In this document: piece after piece, positions 24,460-36,754 of the stretch
How the letters are laid out: each line of letters begins with the position of its first letter
Numbering within the stretch: position 1 is the stretch's first letter
Source: Pristiophorus japonicus
Taxonomy: Eukaryota
DNA: 64,000 nucleotides
Reading direction: 5' to 3'
NCBI RefSeq assembly: GCF_044704955.1
Contig: NC_091992.1
Span: forward strand, 55,924,001 to 55,988,000
The notes under the pieces: generated by a model
Told to the model about the DNA's origin: nothing
What the model saw: the letters and a program-made list of their open reading frames with translations, nothing else
The model's database searches: none
Made by a program: the position numbers and the translations under genes

Positions 24460-24920
24460 GGGTGTCAGCCATGGCTCAGTGGTAGCACTCTCACTTGCGG
24501 GTCAGAAGGTTGTGGGTTCAAGTGACACTCCAGAGACTTGTGCACAACATCTAGAATGACACTTCATTGCAGCACTGAGGGAGAGCTGTAATGTCGGAAG
24601 TGCCAACTTTTGGATAAGACGTTAAACCAGTGTGTCTGTCCTCTCATACCGACATAGAAGATCCCATGGTACTATTCAAAAAAGAGCAGAGGAGTTCTCC
24701 TGGTGTCCGGATATTATTTATTCCTCAACCAACAGCACTAAAACGGATTATCTGGTCATTATCACATTGCTGTTTCTGGGAGTTTGCTGTGTGCAAATTG
24801 GCTGCCGCGTTTCCTGCATGTAAGCAGTGACTACACTGCAAAAGCACATTATTGGCTGTAAAATGTTTTGGGACATCCTGAGGTTGTGAAAGGTGCTTAA
24901 GTAATACAAGTCTTTCTTTC
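24460..24920 (+). mobile_element. Near full-length DeuSINE (SacSINE1-like)
   Basis: tRNA-like head (A box TGGCTCAGTGG, B box GGTTCAAGT), Deu-domain, L2-derived tail. Confidence 0.85.
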
Positions 24921-24989
24921 TCATTGGAGAATGGGATGAAAGCAAGAGCACGCAATGGAGGCATGACTATCCCAGCATCCACAGCATTA

Positions 24990-26320
24990 GTGAAAGAGCA
25001 CTATTAAAACTCTCAATCTCCGGCCAGGAGAGCATTGAAATAGTAACGTCTAGAGGTGGCAAAAGCATAGATATGGATTTCAGCTTGAGAGGGACTGAAG
25101 CAGGAGTGGAGATGGGTGATGTTACGGAGTTGGAAGTAGATGGTCTTCGTGATGCAGAGGATATGGGATCTGAAGCTCCGCTAAGGGTCAAATAGGATAC
25201 TGGGGTAGCCAACATTCTGGTTCAGCCTGAGTCGGTGGCTGGGGAACGGAGTTTTTGAGGGGGCCGAAAACAATAACTTTGATCTTCCCAATGATTAATT
25301 GGAGGAAATTACAGCTCATCCAGGACTGGATGTCGGACAAACGGTCTGACAATGCACAGATAGTGGAGGGGTAGATATAGGTGGTGTATCAGAATCATAG
25401 GTCCCGAGTTTGGTCAAACCTAAGTTCTGCCCATGTACCATCAAAAGGACCGCTAAGATCCTGACGGTACTTTGGGTGGAAGTTTGGTGGGAAAATGGGG
25501 AAAAACTGCCCAGCGGAAAAAATGGGGCTTACACGCTGATTCTGGGCGGCAGCGGGCGGTAGGTTGTATTCTGAGCAGCAAATGCGATCCTCGGCAAAGT
25601 AACGCCGAGGATTGAGTCAGGCCCAGGGAGGGAGGGAACAGGAAAAAAAATTTCAACAAATGAAAAAAAATTACAAATCCTTCAGAGCACCCTATCCACC
25701 AAAATCGCTGCAAAAGAAATGAAGAAAACAAGTGCACTAAACTTTTCTTGCAGATCTTCATACTTGTCGTTCAGGTAAGAACTTCCTCCACACAGCGTTC
25801 TCTTCTGCTGCTGGAGTGGAGGACCGCCCGGACCAATCTCAGGAGGGAGGACTTTTGTCGGTGTTACACATCAGCAGAAGCTCCCCAGCGGTCTCTCCCC
25901 GCCAGCTTGCTTGGACCTCACCAAACTTGCTTGGAGGGGAGAGTGCCCAAAAACCACGGAGACCATCGCGGCAGCAGCCTGCAGTAAGTCCACCAAATTC
26001 GGGCCCCTAGAGTCTTAAAGCACCGAAGGCCATTCGACCCACCTTTCCTGTGCCAGTATTGAAAGCTTTGTGTCATCAGCATACATGTGGAACCTGAGGT
26101 CTTGTCCAATATCGTCACAGTGCAGCATGTAGATGAGAAATAGGAGTGGGCCTATGCTAGGTCCTTGAGGGGTTCCAGAGGTGACGATGTGAGGGCGGGA
26201 AGAGACTGAATAGGTCAGAGTGGAGCCAAGCAAGGGCAGATCCACTCAGCTGGACAACGAGAAGAGGTGTTGGAGGAGAACGGCAGAGTCAACCATGTCA
26301 AAGGTTGTAGAGAAGGATGA
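24990..26320 (-). mobile_element. Decayed L2 RT fragment, interrupted by a CR1 tail and a Harbinger-type MITE
   Basis: TSGTPQGPSIGPLLFLIYML..FHMYADDTKL (26075-26245); further L2-like remnant at 24990-25390. Confidence 0.75.
25400..26007. mobile_element. PIF/Harbinger-like MITE
   Basis: Imperfect TIRs GGTCCCGAGTTTGGT / ACCAAATTCGGGCCC; removing it restores the host sequence AGAATCATAGAGTC (short TSD, exact register ambiguous). Confidence 0.75.
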
Positions 26321-26865
26321 GGAGGCACAGACCATCATTTATCCAAAAGTTACCTCCACAGTCACTCTCCTACATCCAACGCCCTGCCCAGTTTACAAAG
26401 TAATTCTACCCCTCCAGACCCAGTTAACAGAAACACCAAGTCTCATCAATTCCCCACACTTTCATAGACACTCTCTCCACCAACCTTCCTAGTTCATTCT
26501 GGCACACATCTCCCTCTCCATTCAACCTGGTATTCTTCTCTTCTGCCAACCCAGCTCAGACTTATATTCCCCTTCACATCTGATCTTTTTACCCTCCTCA
26601 GCTCAAGGTGGCACATCTTTCTCCTCCCTCCATTTGTGAAGCATTCCCACCATTCAGTTCAAGCTGAAAGCTTTCCCAAGTTCGTTGGTACTTTCCTTCC
26701 CCACTTCCTCTCCAGTTAATGCTGGCACACTCCTCCCTGGAAGCAACACTCCAGCTTCCCTTCTCTTCCTCCCCAAAGTACCATTCCCAGTTTCTGTCTC
26801 TGTCCCTCCACCATTGATTACTATCTATTCTCTCCTTTGCTACCAGCCATTCCCCTTTACCATCC

Positions 26866-27592
26866 GGGAGGTGCAGGTGCAACGAGACCTGGGTGTCATG
26901 GTTCATCAGTCATTGAAAGTTAGCATGCAGGTACAGCAGGTGGTAAAGGCGGCAAATGGTATGTTGGCCTTCATAGCTAGGGGATTTGAGTAGAGCAGTG
27001 AGATCTTACTGCAGTTGTACAGGGCCTTGGTGAGGCCTCACCTGGAATATTGTGTTCAGTTTTGGTCTCCAAATCTGAGGAAGGAAGTTCTTGCTATTGA
27101 GGAAGTGCAGCAAAGGTTCACCAGACTGATTCCCGGGATGGCTGAACTGACATATGAGAAGAGACTGGATCAACTGGGCCTTTATACACTGGCGTTTAGA
27201 AGGATGAGAGGGGATCTCATAGAAACATATAAGATTCTGTCAGAATTGGACAAGTTAGATGCGGGAAGAATGTTCCCGTTGTTGGGGAAGTCCAGAACCA
27301 GGGGACACAGTGTTAGGATAAGGGGTAGGCCATTTAGGACTGAGATGAGGAGAAACTTCTTCACTCAGAGATTTGTTAATCTGTGGAATTCCCTGCCGCA
27401 GAGAGTTGTTGATGCCAGTTCATTGGATATATTCAAGAGGGAGTTAGATATGGCCCTTACGGCTAAAGGGATCAAGGGGTATGGCGAGAAAGCAAGAAAG
27501 GGGTACTGAGGGAATGATCAGCCATGATCTTATTGAATGGTGGTGCAGGCTCGAAGGGCCGAAAGGCCTACTCCTGCACCTAATTTCTATGT
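26866..27592 (+). mobile_element. 5'-truncated CR1
   Basis: ORF 27015-27509 = CR1 ORF2 C-terminus, followed by 3'UTR and tail. Confidence 0.93.
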
Positions 27593-27793
27593 TTACCCCT
27601 CACCCTTATTGCTATCTTTCCCCTTGTCTCTCCCTTCATTGACATCTATTATTATGCTATCCCTTGCCTCGCCTGCAATGCCTTCTCATCTCCTGCTCCT
27701 GATTCTTATGTTCTTATCTCAGAACAACTTCTACTCAAGTCCTGCTGGATATGATTCTGGCTGCTGGATACTATAATTGGGATTCCTGTTTTC

Positions 27794-28889
27794 AACCTCT
27801 TATGTGGCACCTTATCGAATGTCTTCTGGAAATCCAAATATAGTACACCACATCCACTGGTTCCCACATGTTGATTGAGGCATAAATATTGGCCAGAACC
27901 TGGAACGCAGACTGGATTCAAAAGGAACTGGAACGTGGACTTGATTCTAAAGGAACGCTGTCCGGATGAATATGACTCTGATTTCACAGCCTAACGGGGA
28001 GAGGCCCAAATTTTGGTGCAACCTGAATTGGATTCTGGTGCAAAACAAATTGCTGATTTTGCTGGGACTGAACCTCATTTAAGGAGCAATGTTCTGGGAA
28101 ATTGCAGTGGCTGGTTTGATTTTAAATAGGAATCAGGTGGGAGGGACACCGAGACCCACTTTCCTGTGATTTTTATCAGCAAATGCTGACTCAGTGTAAA
28201 ACATCGATAGTTGCCATGTAAACAGAGATAATCAATACACTTAAATGTGCAAAGAGTAACAGAAATAAAAGTGGCATATGTCAAAAGAGGTTACATTTTA
28301 AGAAATAAGTGAATCAAAATGAGTGAACTCCTTTAATTTCTGGATTATGCATTTGTACATTTTGCCTTCTGCTGTACTCTTGGATTTATTGCTTTCTGTG
28401 CAGCTCTTTACCAGTACTGGAAACAACTATCGATATGTTTTTGCATTCCTTTATTTTATGCAGGTATTACATAGACGTTACAGCACAGAAACAGGCCCAG
28501 GAAGGTCAAGTCGGCGTTTATGCTCCACGTGAGCCTTGGTGCCCTTGGTCCTATCAGACGCGCAGACCTGAATACCACGGTTACAATTTTCCAGAACATT
28601 GCTCCTTAAATGAGGTTCAGTCCCAGCAAAATCAGCAATTTGTTTTGCACCAGAATCCAATTCAGGTCGCACCAAAATTTGGGCCTCTCCCCGTTAGGCT
28701 GTGAAATCAGAGTCATATTCATCCGGACAGCGTTCCTTTAGAATCAAGTCCACGTTCCAGTTCCTTTTGAATCCAGTCTGCATTCCAGGTTCTGCCCAAT
28801 ATTTATCCCTCAATCAACATGTGGGAACCAGTGGATGTGGTGTATTTGGATTTCCAGAAGACATTCGATAAGGTGCCACATAAGAGGTT
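27794..28889. repeat. ~310-bp inverted repeat (arms 27794-28104 and 28584-28889)
   Basis: Arms are near-perfect reverse complements, with a ~480-bp spacer. Confidence 0.93.
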
Positions 28890-29183
28890 ACTGCACAAGA
28901 TAAAAGCTCACGGGATTGGGGGTAATATATTAGCATGGATAAACGATTGGCTAACTAACAGAAAACAGAGAGTCAGGATAAATGTGTCATTTTCCGATTG
29001 GCAAACAGTGACTAGTGGAGTGCCGCAGGGATCACTGCTGGGTCCTCAACTATTTACAATCTATATTAATGACTTGAATGAAGGGACCGAGTGTAATGTA
29101 GCCAAGTTTGCTGATGATACAAAGATGGGTGGGAAAGCAAATTGTGAGGAGGACACAAAAAATCTGCAAAGGGATATAGACAG

Positions 29184-32100
29184 ATGAGGCTGCACACAGG
29201 GAGGTTAAAGTAACAGTTACCTCAGCTTTACAGATACACAACATCACTCCCCCGCCAAAGTCAAAATGAAAACATATTTACAAGGTGAGGCGGTTGGGAG
29301 CTTTTCTTTCCCTTGCGGACTGCCTCGGCACAAATGTCTGTTCTGGTGTGTTGGCTGTGCCCTCGTTGGGCTGGCATGTTGTTGGTCCTGCAGGGCTGCT
29401 AGATGAGCCTGGCCTTGCTGGGCTGTGGGCGTGATGGGTTCGATTTCCTGGTCCGGCGTGGTGTCGTTGATCCTTTGGGTGTGTGTTGTGGGCTCGAAAA
29501 AGGTGGGTGTCTGCTGTGGGTTGTTCAGGGCAGTCTGTGAACCGCAGCCTCGTTTGGTCCAGGTGCTTTCTGCAAATTTGTTCATTGTCTAGTTTGACTA
29601 CAAACACCCTATTCCCTTCTTTAGCTATCACCGTGCCCGCGATCCACTTGGGACCATGTCCATAGTTTAGCACATATACAGGGTCATTCAGATCAATTTC
29701 GCGTGACACAGTGGCGCGACCATCGTTTACATTTTGTTGCTTCTGCCTGCTCTCTACCTGATCATGCAGGTTGGGGTGAACCAGCGAGAGTCTGGTTTTA
29801 AGTGTCCTTTTCATGAGTAGCTCAGCCGGGGGCACCCTTGTGAGTGAGTGGGGTCTCGTGCAATAGCTGAGCAGCACTCGGGACAGGCGGGTTTGGAGTG
29901 AGCCTTCTGTGACTCGTTTAAGGCTCTGTTTCATGGTTTGTACTGCCCGCTTTGCCTGCCCATTGGAGGCTGGTTTAAACGGGGCCGAGGTGACATGTTT
30001 GATCCCATTGCAGGTCATAAATTCTTTAAATTCGGCGCTGGTGAAACATGGCCCGTTGTCACTGACCAGTATGTCAGGCAGGCCGTGGGTGGCAAACATG
30101 GCCCTCAGGCTTTCAATGGTGGCAGTGGCGGTGCTTCCCGACATTATTTCACATTCAATCCATTTTGAAAAAGCATCCGCCACCACCAGGAACATTTTAC
30201 CGAGAAACGGACCCACATTATCGACATGGATCCTCGACCTGGAGGGCCAGGACCACAAACTTAGTGGTGCCTCTCTGGGCGTGTTGCTCAACTGAGCACA
30301 TACGCTGCATTGCCGTACACAGGACTCTAAGTCAGAGTCGATAACGGGCCACCACACGTGGGATCTGGCTATCGCATTCATCATTACTATACCCGGGTGT
30401 GTGCTGTGGAGATCCGAGATGAACGTCTCCCTGCCCTTTTTTGGTAGCACTACGCGGTTACCCCACAACAGGCAATCTGCCTGATAGGCAGCTCATCCTT
30501 TCGCCGCTGGAATGGCTTGATTGGCTCTTGCATTTCAACGGGGATGCTGGCCCAGCTCCCATGCAGGACACAGTTTTTTTTACTAGGGACAGCAGAGGAT
30601 CTTGGCTGGTCCAAGTCCTAATCTGGCGGGCCGTGACAGGTGATTTATCATTTTCAAACGCTCCCATGACCATCAACAAGTCTGCAGGCTGCGCCATTTC
30701 CACCCCCGTGGTGGGCAATGGTAGCCGACAGAGCATCCGCACAGTTCTCGGTGCCTGGCCTTTGGCGGATGGTATAGTTATACGCTGATAGCGTGAGTGC
30801 CCACCTTTGTATGCGGGCTGAAGCATTAGTATTTATCCTCTTGTTTTCAGCGAACAGGGATGTGAGGGGCTTGTGATCGGTTTCCAAGTCAAATTTGAGG
30901 CCAAACAGGTACTGATGCATTTTCTTTACCCCGAACACACACGCTAATGCCTCTTTCGCAATCATGCTGTAGGCCCTCTCGGAAGCATAGGCAACAGGTT
31001 GCAACGTCCCCGCAACGTTAGCTTGTTGTAATACACACCCAACTCCGTACGACGATGCGTCACATGCAAGCACAAGTCTTTTACATGGGTTATACAATAC
31101 AAGCAGCTTGTTGGAGCATAAAATGTTTCTGGCTTTCTCAAAAGCAATTACTTGGTTTTTTCCCCCATACCCAGTTCTCACCTTTGCGCAATAACACATG
31201 TAGGGGCTCTAAAAGGGTGCTTAACCCCGGTAGAAAGTTACCAAAATAGTTGAGGAGTCCTAGGAACGACCGCAGCTCCGTGACGTTCTGTGGCCTGGGC
31301 GCGTTCCTGATAGCCTCTGTCTTGGCGTCTGTGGGTCGAATGCCGTCCGCTGCGATCTTTCTCCCCAAAAACTCCACTTCTGTTGCCATGAAGATGCATT
31401 TCGATCTCTTCAGCTGCACCCCTACGCGATCCAGTCGCTGGAGGACCTCCTCCAGGTTTTGTAGGTGCTCGGCGGTGTCCTGACCCGTGACCAATATATC
31501 GTCCTGAAAGACCACCGTGTGTGGTGCCGACTTGAGTAGGCTCTCCATGTTTCTCTGGAAGATCGCTGCAGCCGACCGAATTCCAAACGGGCATCTGTTG
31601 TAGATGAACAGTCCCTTGTGCGTGTTGATGCAGGTGAGGCCCTTCGAAGACTCCTCCAGCTCCTGCGTCATGTCGGCCGAAGTCAGGTCGAGCTTGGTGA
31701 ACGTCTTGCCTCCTGCCAGTGTCTCAAATAGGTCATCTGCTTTAGGTAGCGGGTATTGGTCCTATAGCGAGAAACGATTAATAGTTATTTTATAATCGCT
31801 GCAAATCCTGACCGTGCCATCACTTTGAGTACTGGAACAATCGGGCTGGCCCACTTGCTGAATTCCACTGGGGAGATGATGCCCTCGCATTGCAGCCTGT
31901 CCAGCTCAATTTCCACTCTCTCCCTCATCATGTGAGGTACCACTTGTGCCTTGTGGTGAATGGATCGTGCCTCTGGGACCAAGTGGATCTGCACCTTCGC
32001 CCCGGAAAAGTTTCCAATGCCTGGCTCAAAAAGGAAAGGAAATTTGTTAAGAACCTGGGTACATGAGGCCTCATCGACATAGAAACTTAGAAAATAGGTG

Positions 32101-34203
32101 CAGGAGTAGGCCATCGGCCCCTCGAGCCTGCACCGCCATTCAATGAGATCATGGCTGAAAATGCAACTTCAGTACTCCATTCCTGCTTTCTCGCCATACC
32201 CCTTGATCCCCCTAGTAGTAAGGACTACATCTAACTCCTTTTTGAATATATTTAGTGAATTGGCGTCAACAACTTTCTGTGGTAGAGAATTCCACAGGTT
32301 CACCACTCTCTGGGTGAAGAAGTTTCTCCTCATCTCAGTCCTAAATGGCTTACCCCTTATCCTTAGACTGTGACCCCTGGTTCTGGACTTCCCCAACATT
32401 GGGAACATTCTTCCTGCATCTAACCTGTCTAAACCCGTCAGAATTTTATACATTTCTATGAGATCTCCGCTCATTCTTCTGAACTCCAGTGAATACAAGC
32501 CCAGTTGATCCAATCTTTCTTGATATGTCAGTCCCGCCATCCGGGGAATCAGTCTGGTGAACCTTCGCTGCACTCCCTCAATAGCAAGAATGTCCTTCCT
32601 CAAGTTAGGAGACCAAAACTGTACACAATACTCCAGGTGTGGCCTCACCAAGGCCCTGTACAACTGTAGTAACACCTCCCTGCCCCTGTACTCATATCCC
32701 CTCGCTGTGATAGCACTCGGATGTCATCCCAGTTCCAGTGGATTTTGCCCAGCCAGCTTCTTCCAAGCAGTGTGGGGCCATCGCCCGGGACAATCCAGAG
32801 TGACAGTTCATGCACCGTGCCCTTGTAGGTGACCTTGACCATGGCGCTGCCCAGAACAGTGATAAGCTCTTTGGTGTACGTTCTCAGTTTTGTGTGGATG
32901 GGGCTCAGGGCTGGTCTGAATGCCTTGTTGCACCAAAGTCTCTCAAACATCTTTTTACTCATGATGGATTGGCTAGCGCCAGTGTCCAGTTCCATGACTA
33001 CGGGCAAGCCATTCAATTTTACGTTTATCATTCTAGGTGGACATTTCGTCAAAAATGTGTGCACCCCGTGTACTTCAGCATCTGCCTCCTCTCTCTGAGG
33101 CTCGAAATTGCTTTAATCCACCATGGACCGATCTTCCTCTGCCACATGGTGGTTAGCAGGTTTTGCAGAGCTTGCAGCTCGTTGGAGGTGCCCCATTGTT
33201 CCACAGCTCTTGCAAACATACCCTTTGAAGCAGCATGAATAGGCTGGTTGGAAGCCTCCACAATGCCAACAAGGTGTGAATTGCCTTGCATTCATCCTTT
33301 GTTGGGGACTCGGTCATCTGGGTCACCTGAGGCCTGCTGGCAGTTGCAGACTCGTGGTTTCTGCCCTGTACATTTGTGCTCGCAACCAGTTCCAGTTAAT
33401 TTATGAACATTGCTAGCACTTGTGTGCTGAGAAATTTGTTTGTTGTTATCACTGGTGGACATAAACGCCTGTGCTATCGCAATTGCCTTACTGAGGGTCG
33501 GTGTCTCTATAGTCAAAAGTTTTTGTAGGATGGTTTCATGGCCAATGCCCAGTACAAAAAAGTCTCTGAGCATTTGCTCCAGGAAGCCATCAAACTCACA
33601 TTGCCCTGCAAGTCGCCTTAGCTCAGCGACATAGCTCACCACTTCCTGACCTTCAGATCGCTGGCACGTGTAGAACCGATATATCGCCATCAGCACGCTC
33701 TCCCTCGGGTTAAGATGCTCCCGAACCAGTGTACACAGCTCTTCATACGACTTATCTGTGGGTTTCACCGGAGCCAGAAGATTCTTCATGAGGCTGTAGG
33801 TCGGTGCCCTGCAGATTGTGAGGAGGACCGTTCTCCTTTTTGCAGCGCTTCCTTCTCCGTCCAGCTCGTTGGCTACAAAGTATTGGTCTAGCCGTTCGAC
33901 ATAGGCTTCCCAGTCCTCACCCTCTGAGAACTTCTCCAGGATGCCCACAGTTTGCTGCATCTTTGCATTGGATTTGTATACTCGTCACCAGTTATTGTGT
34001 TCCTAACACAGATGAGGCTGCACACAGGGTGGTTAAAGTAACAGTGACCTCAGTCTTTAATAAGACACTCTAGAGTGAGGAACAGGCCTTAGGGGCTGGC
34101 TTATATACAGTGCTCCCAAGGGATGCTGGGATCCCTTGGGACTTCAGGGGATGAGCTCCCTGTTGGCAGAACATGGGAGTGCATGCTTTACAGATACACA
34201 ACA
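29184..34203 (-). mobile_element. Gypsy/Ty3 LTR retrotransposon 2 (Mag/SURL-like), near full-length, decayed
   Basis: 5' LTR 33996-34203 (TG..CA), PBS TGGTGACGAG 33981-33990, gag 33292-33960, protease ELDTGAS, RT VFQDDILV, RNase H LACDASSYGVG, integrase HHCC and DNGPCF (29278-30468), PPT ~29244-29256, deleted 3' LTR 29184-29243, TSD GACAG/GGCAG. Confidence 0.95.
32077..32710 (-). mobile_element. 5'-truncated CR1 inserted into Gypsy 2 pol
   Basis: ORF 32169-32675 = CR1 ORF2 C-terminus; tail at ~32077-32095. Confidence 0.94.
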
Positions 34204-35054
34204 GGCAGGCTAAGTGAGTGGGGAAAAATTTGGCAGATGGAGTATAATGTGGGAAAATGTGAGGTTATCCACTTTGGCAGAAATAATAGAAAAGCAAATT
34301 ATAATTTAAATGGAGAAAAATTGCAAAGTGCTGCAGTACAGAGAGACCTGGAGGTCCTTGTGCATGAAACACAAAAAGTTAGTATGCAGGTACAGCAAGT
34401 AATCAGGAATGTAAATAGAATGTTGGCCTTTATTGCAAGGGCGATAGATTATAAAAGCAGAGAAGTCCTGTTACAACTGGACAGGGTATTGTGAAGCTAC
34501 ACTTGGAGTACTGCGTGTAGTTTTGGTCTCCGTATTTAAGGAAGGATATACTTGCATTGGAGGCTGTTCAGAGAAGGTTCACTCGGTTGATTCCGGAGAT
34601 GATGGGGTTGACTTATGAGGATAGGTCGAATAGATTGGGCCTATACACGTTGGAGTTCAGGAGAATGAGAGGTGATCTTATTGAAACATAAGATGAGGGA
34701 GCTCGACAAGGTAGATGCAGAGAGGACATTTCCACTCAACTAAAACTAGGGTACATAGTCTTAGAATAAGGGGCTGCGCATTTAAAACTGATATGAGTAG
34801 GAATTTCTTCTTAGAGGGTTGCAAATCTATGGAATTCTCTGCCCCAGAGAGCTGTGGAAGCTGGTTCATTGAATATATTTAAAGCGGAGATTGACTGATT
34901 TTTGAGCGATAAGAGATTATAGGGTTATGGGGAGCGGGCAGTGAAGTGGAGCTGAGTCCATGATCAGATCAGCCATGATCTTATTGAATGGTGGAGCAGG
35001 CTCGAGGGGACGTATGGCCGACTCCTGCTCCTATTTCTTATTTTCTTATGTTAC

Positions 35055-35235
35055 AAAAACAAATTATTTGGTCATTATCACATTGCTGTTTGTGGGAGCT
35101 TGCTGTGCGCAGGTTTGCTGCCACGTTTCCCATATTACAACAGTGACTACACTCCAAAAGTACTTCATTGGCTGCAAAGCGCCTTGGGATGTCCAGTGGT
35201 CATGAAAGGCGCTATATAAATGCAAGTCTTTCTTT
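35055..35235 (+). mobile_element. DeuSINE 3' part
   Basis: GGTCATTATCACATTGCTGTTTGTGGGAGC..AAAGGCGCTATATAAATGCAAGTC. Confidence 0.78.
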
Positions 35236-35432
35236 CAAGTCGAATCTGGTTCCATCAACCTGAAACGTTAACTCTATTTATCTGCACAGATGCTGCCTGA
35301 CCCGCTGAGATTGCCAGCATTTATCTGTTTTTAATTACAATAGAATCCGATCCGCGTTCCGGTTGCGTGGAGCCATGGTTTACAAGCTCCCGGCACCTCC
35401 GCTGCACTCCCAGGTACGTGACCGTGCGCTGA

Positions 35433-35704
35433 GCGTGCGCAGTGGGCTAGGAGGGGGAGGCAGCGTGTGCGCAGTGGGCGAGGAGGGGGAGGCAGCGCGT
35501 GCGCAGTGGGCGAGGAGGGGGAGGCGGCGCGTGCGCAGTGGGCGAGGAGGGGGAGGAGGCGCGTGCGCAGTGGGCGAGGAGGGGGAGGAGGCGCGTGCGC
35601 AGTGGGCGAGGAGGGGGAGGCGGCGCGTGCGCAGTGGGCGAGGAGGGGGAGGCGGCGCGTGCGCAGTGGGCGAGGAGGGGGAGGCGACGCGTGCGCAGTG
35701 GGCG
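35433..35704. repeat. 32-bp minisatellite, ~9 copies (last partial)
   Basis: Unit GTGCGCAGTGGGCGAGGAGGGGGAGGCGGCGC starts at 35435, 35467, 35499 ... 35691 (exact 32-bp period). Confidence 0.97.
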
Positions 35705-35734
35705 ACGGCCGGTTGCCCCGGGAAACGAGCGGCG

Positions 35735-35863
35735 ATGGCGGAGCGCGGGGCCCATCTGACGGCGGGGCTGTCGGCGAGTGCGGGCCGGCCGTCCATCTTC
35801 GAGGTGGTAGCCCAGGACACGCTGATGTCGGCGGTCAGACCGGCGGCGCAACATGCGTGCAAG
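35735..35863 (+). CDS. PEX12: Peroxisome assembly protein 12, exon 1 coding part (43 codons)
   Basis: [35 protein letters not shown], Kozak gcgATGg, donor AAG|GTGAGG, phase 0. Confidence 0.96.
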
Positions 35864-36754
35864 GTGAGGAGGCGGGCGACCAGCTCGGCCGGGGAGGCCC
35901 TGCACCGTGGGGCGGTGAAAGCGGTCCTGGACCTGCCGTGAGGCCGCACCGGGACCGCAGGCACAAGGCGGGTTGGGATGCAGAGGGGATCCCGGTGTGC
36001 AAAATAAAAGTGTTTGCTCAGCCCTGAGTTGCTTGCAGGGTAAAGATACCACACGTCCCACCTTTAGGACGGGAATGAATAGTGCTTTTACTGTTTGTAA
36101 ATAAAGAGCACTTCTGGAACATAGCGATATTTCACAGTTTACTGCTGTTTCTGTATTGCTGATGCGGAACTACTGCTGCATTCCAAGAGTGGGAGAAGTA
36201 CTTTGAGACATGACAAAATATTCTATAAATCCAAACATTATCATCTACAACTTCAAAGTACAAATGAGGCAGTGTGCCGAAAGAGCAAAGTGGAGCTTCC
36301 CAGACATATAATCATTGGTGCCCTGCAAACACGAGCCAATTTCACAGTCATCTCGCTGCATCCTCACAACAGCAGTGTAAACGGGTTGTCCGAGAATGTA
36401 GGGAGTCTCAACTTTAAAAGAAATAGTGATTTTACCTAATAATGGGCAGCAGACAAAGAGCGGGGAGATCTCCCGGTGTCCCAACCAACATTCACCATTC
36501 AACCAACATCACCAAAAGATCCTCGGCTCATTTATATTTGGTATCTTACTATGTGTAATGGCCTGCTGCATTTGCCTGCATGACAGTGTCTGCACTTTAA
36601 AAGTAATGTCATTTAAAAAAATTCATTCATGGGATGTGGGCGTCACTGGCAAGGCCGGCATTTATTGCCCATCCCAGTTGCTCTCGAGAAGGTGGTGGTG
36701 AGCTGCCTTCTTGAATTGCTGCAGTCTGTGTGGTGAAGGTACTTCCTTGCCCTC

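Larger units (their letters stand above)
28820..35050 (+). mobile_element. CR1 split by Gypsy element 2 (pieces 28820-29183 and 34204-35050)
   Basis: [25 protein letters not shown] continues as RLSEW..WQMEYNVGKC after the Gypsy; tail at ~35030-35050. Confidence 0.92.
35340..36000 (+). promoter_or_regulatory. CpG island / promoter of PEX12
   Basis: Very high GC and CpG content spanning the first coding exon; repeated NRF1-type motifs. Confidence 0.85.

Noticed and set aside
24460-24540. tRNA gene
   Set aside because: The A/B boxes continue into a Deu-domain and L2 tail, so this is a SINE head; no intact cloverleaf is evident.
29278-30468. Domesticated integrase gene
   Set aside because: It sits in a normal Gypsy structure with LTR, PBS and PPT and frameshifted neighbouring domains; best explained as a young decayed TE.
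35433-35704. 32-bp repeats as a CRISPR array
   Set aside because: Units are directly tandem with no unique spacers, there are no cas genes, and the context is a vertebrate CpG island.
35363-36061. Long overlapping ORFs on both strands (186-224 aa)
   Set aside because: By-product of a stop-poor GC-rich repeat; only the PEX12 exon 1 portion has recognisable homology.
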